Positions 1-6,838 of a stretch of DNA of 64,000 nucleotides are shown here, piece by piece. The stretch covers positions 592 to 64,591 of the forward strand of contig CANQSY010000001.1 in assembly GCA_947626635.1 (NCBI GenBank), written 5' to 3'. Origin of the DNA: an uncultured Akkermansia sp. GTDB lineage: Bacteria > Verrucomicrobiota > Verrucomicrobiia > Verrucomicrobiales > Akkermansiaceae. Both the position numbers and the translations under genes were made by a program. The notes beneath the pieces were generated by a model. The model was given only the letters and a program-made list of their open reading frames with translations, was not told the DNA's origin and made no database searches. Every line of letters starts with the position of its first letter. The first letter of the stretch is position 1.

Positions 1-35
1 CCCCGCTTGTTTCATTTTGTGTCGCCCGTGGGAGC

Positions 36-56
36 AAGCCCGCGGGCGGGCTTTTT
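36..56 (+). terminator. Intrinsic terminator of an upstream + strand gene (outside the window), convergent with the nuclease gene
   Basis: AAGCCCG-CGGG-CGGGCTT hairpin followed by a T-run. Confidence 0.6.
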
Positions 57-152
57 GGGGAGGAATCGCTGCGGAGCGGTATTTCAGGAACAATGCGGAG
101 TGGTAAGAACACAAGAACTCAGCATAAAAACAAACGCACTCTCAAAGAGGAG

Positions 153-776
153 TCAGCGAATTCGGCAGAGGCCTTGACGTTCGGCTTCTTTTTCGTTGAG
201 GACAAAGAGTTCACAACGCGAGTGCCACGCACGCAAGACATGAAGGATTCGTTTGGAACACTCCAATTTGAGGGAAGGAAGCGCATCATCCGGAGCCTCT
301 TTGATGATGAGGTAGAACACAACTTTGCGGTCTGTTCCGTCCCAGTGTAATCGCTTCAACTCATCGAGATGGTCAATGGATTGTTTCCACCTGTCCGGGA
401 GATCGTTCAAAAGGCTATTTTGTTTGCAGGTTTTGAGAGCTAAAAGTGCATTAGAGAACTTTGCGAGCAACGATGAATAAAAGTAAGTGTCATCACGAAT
501 CAGCTTATGGTGGTACTTTTCTGCCGCTTTCCGCAAACCTTCAAGTTCAGGGGACTTTTTCCCACACGCCCTATCGCGCGGTAATGTTGTCTTTGCCTCG
601 ACCACAAGCACGTCCTTTTCACTCCAGAAGATGAAATCCGGTCTTTTCATGGCGCGCCATCCCTCGTGCGGATGCTCACTCAAAAACGGCTCCACATTCA
701 ACAAGAAATGCTCCGCCACCCGAACAAACATCATGCCGGATTCCTCTCTCACATCCTGGGAACAACCTTTATTCAT
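153..776 (-). CDS. Hypothetical protein with PD-(D/E)xK nuclease-like motif, partner of the adjacent ATPase
   Basis: 207 aa ORF; motif KRPDFIFWSEKDVLVVEAKT; start overlaps the ATPase stop by 8 bp; visibly lower GC than core genes. Confidence 0.7.
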   Translation of the reverse strand: MNKGCSQDVREESGMMFVRVAEHFLLNVEPFLSEHPHEGWRAMKRPDFIFWSEKDVLVVEAKTTLPRDRACGKKSPELEGLRKAAEKYHHKLIRDDTYFYSSLLAKFSNALLALKTCKQNSLLNDLPDRWKQSIDHLDELKRLHWDGTDRKVVFYLIIKEAPDDALPSLKLECSKRILHVLRAWHSRCELFVLNEKEAERQGLCRIR

Positions 777-1860
777 GGAAAAATTGGTCTATCTCGTCGC
801 GGTACAATTTGACCGACTCGCGAATAATCGGGTTGTCCAAATCATCTATCCTCAGATTTCCGCGCATCCATCGTTGATTGGTATCTGACTCATCAGAACT
901 CTGGAATGAAAAGACCGGAATGTTTTTCCCGGTTTCGCGAGCTATATTGCGAAGTTTTTTGACAACAAAATAAGAATGTGTGGCAAGGAAAAATTGAATG
1001 CCATCCTGGCTCATTCTGGAAATCGCCTCCATGAACTGAGATACTGCAGCCGGATGGAGGGCGGACTCCGGTTCGTCGATAAAAATGATGGAGCCGGGCC
1101 CTATATAACGATTCCCTAACAAAATATCCAAAATGGACAGCTTTTTAATCCCCTCCGAAACTTCGTTTACGGAATAGGTCTCGTTGCCCTTTTGAATGCT
1201 CCATTCCTTATTTTCCTCATCGTATTGTGGTTTTGCCCCGAAAATGCTGTTAATTGCCTCGCGAGCCTTTGCCATGTTTTCATAACTTTTTCCTTTCGTC
1301 GGTGGACGCATTAGTATTTTGGCAAGATCATAGTACGTGTCATCAAAACCAAATACCCTTTCATCTTCCAGTGCCGGGACAATAACCGAATGCCCTGTAA
1401 GCACCTCTTTTGCCGGCATAAATACTGAATTAACCGGACGCTTAGTCACGGCTCGCTGAGCCGGATCCGGCGTCAATGAAACCTGAAGTTCCCCTTTTAC
1501 ATTCAACCGCATCCTTAAACTATCCTCACAGGTCGTGATACATGAAAAATCCATGGGCTGCGGCCTCTTTTTCCCTTCTCTGCGCACGATGCTCCCCAAC
1601 TTCGGCGGCTGAAATGTCCAATGCAACTTATCTTTAATAATTTCCTCCAGTCCCCTGATATCTTTCCCCCGTCTATAGCTCTCCATCGCTTTACACGCTA
1701 CATAGAGCACCTTCATTAAGTAAGTCTTTCCACACGAGTTCTCCCCGATGATAAGATTGATCCTGTCCAATTCCCCGGACTTCAGCTCCGGTATCGGCCC
1801 TAAATTCTTTACTTCAAACCGGGACAATAATAAACTCTTTTCAGGATGCTCCCTTGTCAT
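769..1860 (-). CDS. ABC-type/AAA_15-AAA_21 family ATPase (OLD-N-terminal/AbiEii-like)
   Basis: Walker A GENSCGKT, signature-like VSEGIKK, Walker B FIDEPESALHP, H-loop ATHS. Confidence 0.85.
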   Translation of the reverse strand: MTREHPEKSLLLSRFEVKNLGPIPELKSGELDRINLIIGENSCGKTYLMKVLYVACKAMESYRRGKDIRGLEEIIKDKLHWTFQPPKLGSIVRREGKKRPQPMDFSCITTCEDSLRMRLNVKGELQVSLTPDPAQRAVTKRPVNSVFMPAKEVLTGHSVIVPALEDERVFGFDDTYYDLAKILMRPPTKGKSYENMAKAREAINSIFGAKPQYDEENKEWSIQKGNETYSVNEVSEGIKKLSILDILLGNRYIGPGSIIFIDEPESALHPAAVSQFMEAISRMSQDGIQFFLATHSYFVVKKLRNIARETGKNIPVFSFQSSDESDTNQRWMRGNLRIDDLDNPIIRESVKLYRDEIDQFFHE

Positions 1861-1909
1861 TTCTCCCTCTTACCATAGCCCCATCCACCTGTCAAGCTCC
1901 AACCCCAGG

Positions 1910-2310
1910 GCAACCGCATTCAAAAATGCGGTTGCCTATTTACGATTTACGATCTCAGGGAATTCGCGCGCCGGTGGCGCGGGGTTGCAAAGTCGCCGAG
2001 GGAGCGAAGGCGGATTGGACAAAAGCGCAGCTTTTGCCCGCAGGGCGCTGGGCGCCTAACGGCGCCTATTTACGAATTTGCCACCTCTAAAAACTACCAA
2101 GGTGAAAAACGAGAGAAAAAAAGTTGAGGAGAAAGGAGTCAAAAAAGGGAAAAATGGGAGAATTTTGAGGGGAAAACATGGGAAAAATGTCCGAGAGGAT
2201 ACGCACCATCGTTTGCCCGCTATCTAAAAAAACGAGTTTTTAGAGGTACCAGAATTACGAATTACGATTTACGATGTGGAAAATTCGAGCGCTCCGCGCG
2301 GGAAGGAAGG
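1910..2310 (+). repeat. Modular palindromic repeat array, locus 1 (interrupted by a MITE-like insert)
   Basis: Hairpin GCAACCGCATT-CAAA-AATGCGGTTGC then CTATTTACGATTTACGA; module GGACAAAAGC-GCA-GCTTTTGCCC; second core at 2067; heptamers resume at about 2252. Confidence 0.85.
2083..2247. mobile_element. Putative MITE-like non-autonomous element (165 bp)
   Basis: Perfect 13-bp terminal inverted repeats ACCTCTAAAAACT (2083-2095) and AGTTTTTAGAGGT (2235-2247) around a purine-rich non-coding interior; splits a heptamer run; no clear target-site duplication. Confidence 0.45.
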
Positions 2311-2559
2311 ATATAGTATACTTTGAACTTCTTGGCACCCTTTTTTGTGCCAAAAAACTGTCGCATTTAATTTTGCGATCCACAGTTGACGCTCGGAGAA
2401 GGTAATGTGCTTGCCTTTTCGAGCAGCGGAGGTAGAATGGTGTTGGGTGTCGTGGTTCATGGTGTCTCTATTTTTTGGACGAAGTTAATATAGTATACTT
2501 TGAACTTCTTGGCACCCCTTTTTTGTGCCAAGAAACTGTCGCATTTAATTTTGCGATCC
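2311..2559. repeat. Near-identical 71-72 bp direct repeat (2311-2381 and 2488-2559)
   Basis: ATATAGTATACTTTGAACTTCTTGGCACCC..TTTTTGTGCCAA..AAACTGTCGCATTTAATTTTGCGATCC occurs twice with only 1-2 differences. Confidence 0.9.
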
Positions 2560-2588
2560 CCATCCACGCCTCCACGCGCGAAAGACTG

Positions 2589-2617
2589 TTGACAGCCTCT
2601 ATTTCGCGTGGTTTAAT
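2589..2617 (+). promoter_or_regulatory. Sigma70-type promoter of the DUF805 gene
   Basis: TTGACA-17bp-TTTAAT. Confidence 0.6.
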
Positions 2618-2640
2618 GTTCTGGGAACCAAGTAACGGAC

Positions 2641-3258
2641 ATGAATGCAAATCCTATACCGGCTTCTGATTTCATCGCCAATGTCAAGTACGGCTTCAAG
2701 CATTTCTTGACCTTTAGAGGACGCTCCACTCGTCCACAATTCTGGTGGTATTTCCTGGCATTATGTATCATCGACACTGTTTTCAAGACAATAGGCAATC
2801 TGTGTGCCGGCACGATCGATATCGATTTGAAAGAATTGGACACCACTACTGACATATTACAGACTTTATGGTCACAGCTGCCGCTCGGCCTCATTATTAT
2901 AACTATCGCCCAACTCGTCATCGGTATCATTCTTTCCATCTCGCTACTTGCTGCAACAGTTCGTCGTTTGCACGATGCCGGTCACTCCGCCTCCTTAGCC
3001 TACATCAACATGATTTTGTACATCATCATGTACGCCGGCTTCTTCGCTATGTTACTCAGTTTGTACAAGATCCTTCCTGTGATCGCTTCCTATCCTCAGC
3101 AAGGGCAAGAATCGTCTGCTATCGCGTTCTTCGCAGGTTGTTGCGCCGGTCTTGCCCTCATCGGGGCAGCCGCACTGATCCTATCGATCATCGTGCTGGT
3201 GTTCTTACTCAAGCCGAGTGAACCTCGTGATAATCGATACGGACCCTTCGTCAATTAA
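2641..3258 (+). CDS. DUF805 family inner membrane protein (YhaH/YhaI-like)
   Basis: N-terminal FRGRSTRPQFWW and ATVRRLHDAGHS motifs, C-terminal PRDNRYGP, 3-4 hydrophobic helices. Confidence 0.9.
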   Translation: MNANPIPASDFIANVKYGFKHFLTFRGRSTRPQFWWYFLALCIIDTVFKTIGNLCAGTIDIDLKELDTTTDILQTLWSQLPLGLIIITIAQLVIGIILSISLLAATVRRLHDAGHSASLAYINMILYIIMYAGFFAMLLSLYKILPVIASYPQQGQESSAIAFFAGCCAGLALIGAAALILSIIVLVFLLKPSEPRDNRYGPFVN

Positions 3259-3346
3259 CGACGACGTATCAACCTTTGAGGGCTTCTCGATGTCCGGTAT
3301 CCAACCCGGTCTTGAATTCATCGAGGAGCCCTCAAATGTTTCGGGC

Positions 3347-3374
3347 TTGCATGCCGGCGAGATAGGAGTATAAT
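3347..3374 (+). promoter_or_regulatory. Sigma70-type promoter of the SurA/PpiD-like gene
   Basis: TTGCAT-16bp-TATAAT. Confidence 0.55.
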
Positions 3375-3407
3375 AGACGCGCGCAACATAGAGAGCAAAA
3401 CGTCGCC

Positions 3408-5171
3408 ATGACTATCCTCGAATTCATTCGGAAAAATTCCCTTTTGGTCATCATCGTCATTGCAGCGGTGGGAGCCGGACTTGTGATGATGGACTACAGC
3501 GGGAAAGGCAGTGCATTTTCCAGAGACTTTTACATACGGGTAAACAATACCAGCTACGACTACCCCGAGACCGCCAATATGGGAGAGAACGGGAAGCAAT
3601 TCCTCTCTTCACTCTACTCGGCCACGCGCGACCTTATCGAACCCCTTGCCGAGGAGAATGCATCGGCCAGTGAGGAGCAAAAGCAAGAGGCCTTCATAGA
3701 ATGGCAGAGGCAACATCCCGACGTGGTTGAATCGCTCAATATGCTCAACGAGGTCTATGCCGGTTGGCATTACGGGGGGACACGGGATGACGCCGTGAAC
3801 GTGGCGATCAACCGTGCCATGTTGCATGCGGAAGCGGATGCTTGGGGACTGCATCCTTCCGAGGAACAGATTGATCTCTTTTTGCGGAGCTTACCGGCAT
3901 TTCGCACGGAGGATGGCGCCTTCAACACCGAGCTGTACCGTCGACTCGCGGGCTACCGGCATGGGCATAGCAACCGCGTGCAGGAAGAGGCCTTCCGCGC
4001 GGTGGTGGCGGACATCATCATCTGGGAGAATCTGCGGGCGATGTTAGGGAAAGGCGTAAGTTTCCAAACCGGGGCACAAACGGCCATGCTGAATGCGTTT
4101 GAGCAGAGCGTGACGGGACGGACGGCTTGGCTGGCGGCTGAAAAAGTGGGAACTCCTCCCGATCCCGGCGAGGAAGAATTAAAGGCGTACTGGGAGGAGC
4201 ACCGCAATCAGTACATGAGCGACGAGCGCAGGATTGTATCTGTTTACACCCTCTCCCCCGCTGCGGACAGCAACATGGAGAATCTGCTTTCCACCGCCGA
4301 TATGCTCATGCAGGATCTTTCCCTGGCGAACGGGCGAGGGCTGGACAAGTTGCTGGCCGATGCGCAGGACAACCCGGAATACGACGCCTTTACCTACCAA
4401 GCAGCGGACGGTAGCACACACGTCACCTACCCACTGAGTACGGAGGAGGAGCTTGAAAAGCAGCTGCAGGACCGGGTGAATTACGAAGGCAAGGAAGTGC
4501 CGCTAGCCCAGGTTGCTTTTGCGGAGATTGAGCAGGCACCGACACCGCAGGCTTACGAGGAGGCTCAAGCAGCAGGGAATGCGGAGAAGGAGCTGAGCAT
4601 CCGGCAAATCCGCGGGTTCTACAACGCAGCCGATGGCAAGTTGAAGCTCCTGCGCATTGAGGCCGTGGAGCGTCCGACGCCTCTGCCGTACGAGCAAGCG
4701 CGGGAGAAGGCTCTGGCGGATTTTCGTCGCGAGCGTGAGGCAAATGCCCTGCAGATTGCAGCAGAAAAAATCTACAAGGATATGCAAGAGGCCCTGACGA
4801 CACAGGGACTGCAAAGCGCCCTCGCCATAGCACAGAAAGCGGGAGCGCTCGTGGAGGATTTCGGTCCCGTCCAGCTATTCCGACCGACCTCTGTACTGCC
4901 CTCCGGCGTATCGGATGCCGACATCATGGGGACCCCGAGCGGAAAGATGACGCCCTTGGTGGTGCAGCCGACCGGCGCGCGCTTCACCTGTATTACCGGG
5001 CGAACCGTAGAGGACAGTCCGTCCATCACCATGCAGAAGCGGTTGTTCGAACTGCCGCGGCTCAACGCTCAGCTGCGCCACAGCATGATGCAGGAGTGGC
5101 AGAATGCAGCCTACAACCGCTTTGACGTCCAGCTCGCTCCCACGATCCGGACCATGGAGAAGGAGGACTAA
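3408..5171 (+). CDS. Membrane-anchored SurA N-terminal domain/PpiD-like periplasmic chaperone
   Basis: 587 aa; PpiD-like N-terminal anchor MTILEFIRKNSLLVIIVI; EELKAYWEEHRNQYMSDERRIVS and PLPYEQAREKA segments typical of PpiD. Confidence 0.7.
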   Translation: MTILEFIRKNSLLVIIVIAAVGAGLVMMDYSGKGSAFSRDFYIRVNNTSYDYPETANMGENGKQFLSSLYSATRDLIEPLAEENASASEEQKQEAFIEWQRQHPDVVESLNMLNEVYAGWHYGGTRDDAVNVAINRAMLHAEADAWGLHPSEEQIDLFLRSLPAFRTEDGAFNTELYRRLAGYRHGHSNRVQEEAFRAVVADIIIWENLRAMLGKGVSFQTGAQTAMLNAFEQSVTGRTAWLAAEKVGTPPDPGEEELKAYWEEHRNQYMSDERRIVSVYTLSPAADSNMENLLSTADMLMQDLSLANGRGLDKLLADAQDNPEYDAFTYQAADGSTHVTYPLSTEEELEKQLQDRVNYEGKEVPLAQVAFAEIEQAPTPQAYEEAQAAGNAEKELSIRQIRGFYNAADGKLKLLRIEAVERPTPLPYEQAREKALADFRREREANALQIAAEKIYKDMQEALTTQGLQSALAIAQKAGALVEDFGPVQLFRPTSVLPSGVSDADIMGTPSGKMTPLVVQPTGARFTCITGRTVEDSPSITMQKRLFELPRLNAQLRHSMMQEWQNAAYNRFDVQLAPTIRTMEKED

Positions 5172-5185
5172 CCGTCGCGACGACC

Positions 5186-6829
5186 ATGGCTTTCCCACCA
5201 CAGACGAAATACATTGTGGGAAATGAGGCGTGCGAGCGCTTCAGCTTTTACGGCATGCGCAGCATCCTCACGCTGTATATGCTCAGCGTGCTGTCCATGG
5301 GCGAGAGCGAGGTCGTCACGGTAGGACATTTATTCAACGCGGGCATCTACGTACTCCCGCTTGTGGGGGCGTGGCTGGCGGATCGTTTCATCGGACGCTA
5401 CCGGATGATCCTCTATGTTTCGCTCTTCTACTGTTTGGGGCATGGGATTCTGGCCACGGCGGATCTGGCCGGGAGCATTGAGATACGGCGGTGGATTCTC
5501 TTCGCGGGCTTGTTCATTATTGCTCTCGGAGCGGGAGGCATCAAACCCTGTGTCTCGGCCTTCGTCGGCGACCAGGCTGACGAGAGCGACAGCCAAACGA
5601 TGACCCGACTCTACGCTGCCTTTTATTGGTCCATTAACCTCGGTTCGTTCTTCTCTTTCCTCATTATCCCATGGGTACGGCAAAATTGGGGGTACAGCTG
5701 GGCCTTTGCCATACCGGGTATCTTCATGGCCCTTGCCACGTTGATCTTCTGGAGAGGGAGGCGCCTGTACCGTCATCGCAAGCCGTCGCAGCCCGACTTC
5801 CTGCCCTCGCTCCGGCTATGGCTGACGCATGGACGCAAGTCGGTCGAGCAACAATTCGGCGGCGAGACCCTGAAAGAAACCCGGCAGACGCTGCACGCCG
5901 TTGCGCGCTTCATCATCCTGCTCATCGCCGTGATTGCGGTGTTGGTGGCTGTATCGACAGGAACATCGCACCTAGTGCGACTGTGGGGAGTCAGCGATCA
6001 GGGAGCATCTCTGTGGAGTCTGCTGGCATGTGCGGTAACGTTGTGCTGTCTCTCCCTGCTCGTCCTGCGGACAGCAGCGGCGCGAAAAACCGATTCCTTT
6101 TTGGGCATCTTCGGCACTCGCCTCTTTTACGGATCGGAGCAAACCGACCGGAGCTACTCTGCCGGCCGCATCGCGGAAGCGCACGGACTCCTGCGCGTGT
6201 TGACGGTCTTTCTCATGATCATCCCCTTCTGGAGTTTGTTTGACCAGACGATGACCAGCTGGGTGCTTCAAGGGGAAAAGATGAGCCCCGTGGTACTTTC
6301 GCAAGCCAGTGGTCTACGCTTTGTCTTTGGGGCGGAGGAGATGCAGAGCATCAATCCGCTGTTTGTGATGGTGCTTGTTCCCGTCGTCACGCTGCTCATC
6401 TACCCGCATATCGGGCGCTGGGCCTCGCCGCTGCGTCGCATGGGCTGCGGCATCACACTCGCCGGTATTTCCTATCTCTCTGTCGCCTCCCTCCAATACC
6501 TCATCGACTCGGGTTCACAACTCTCTATCCTGTGGCAGTGCATCCCGTACCTCCTGCTTACTGTTTCGGAAATACTCGTCAGCACCACGGGCTTGGAATA
6601 TGCGTACACAGCGGCGGGACACAACCTTAAGAGCATCGTATCCGGCTTCTGGTTCCTGACGAGCACGCTGGGCAACTTCCTCGTCATTTACCTCACGCAT
6701 CTCGTCTCCGATCCCGCCTCCACCTCTACCTTCCTCCTCTACGCGGCCATGAGCATTTCCATAGGCTGCATCTTCCTCCGGGTCACCTCACGAAGCTTCT
6801 TCAGGGTAACACCCGATGAAAGCCGGTGA
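5186..6829 (+). CDS. POT/PTR family proton-dependent oligopeptide transporter (MFS)
   Basis: EACERFSFYG (ExxERFxYY) motif, GAWLADRFIGR, GGIKPCVSAFVGDQ, FYWSINLGS. Confidence 0.93.
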   Translation: MAFPPQTKYIVGNEACERFSFYGMRSILTLYMLSVLSMGESEVVTVGHLFNAGIYVLPLVGAWLADRFIGRYRMILYVSLFYCLGHGILATADLAGSIEIRRWILFAGLFIIALGAGGIKPCVSAFVGDQADESDSQTMTRLYAAFYWSINLGSFFSFLIIPWVRQNWGYSWAFAIPGIFMALATLIFWRGRRLYRHRKPSQPDFLPSLRLWLTHGRKSVEQQFGGETLKETRQTLHAVARFIILLIAVIAVLVAVSTGTSHLVRLWGVSDQGASLWSLLACAVTLCCLSLLVLRTAAARKTDSFLGIFGTRLFYGSEQTDRSYSAGRIAEAHGLLRVLTVFLMIIPFWSLFDQTMTSWVLQGEKMSPVVLSQASGLRFVFGAEEMQSINPLFVMVLVPVVTLLIYPHIGRWASPLRRMGCGITLAGISYLSVASLQYLIDSGSQLSILWQCIPYLLLTVSEILVSTTGLEYAYTAAGHNLKSIVSGFWFLTSTLGNFLVIYLTHLVSDPASTSTFLLYAAMSISIGCIFLRVTSRSFFRVTPDESR

Positions 6830-6838
6830 GGTAGGAAC

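Noticed and set aside
93-350. ORFs 93-350 (+) and 119-322 (-)
   Set aside because: They overlap the nuclease-like gene on the opposite strand or another frame and show no motifs.
2311-2381. dif site or sigma54 promoter within the direct-repeat unit
   Set aside because: No XerD arm TTATGTTAAAT. TGGCAC is not followed by TTGC at the required -24/-12 spacing on either strand.
2617-2630. Verrucomicrobial LexA box (TGTTC-N4-GAACA) at the DUF805 TSS
   Set aside because: The sequence TGTTCTGGGAACCA has wrong spacing and a mismatch.
2269-2669. Short ORFs across the 71-bp direct repeat (2269-2460, 2468-2650, 2475-2669)
   Set aside because: Their shared peptide arises from the DNA duplication, and they have no coding signals.
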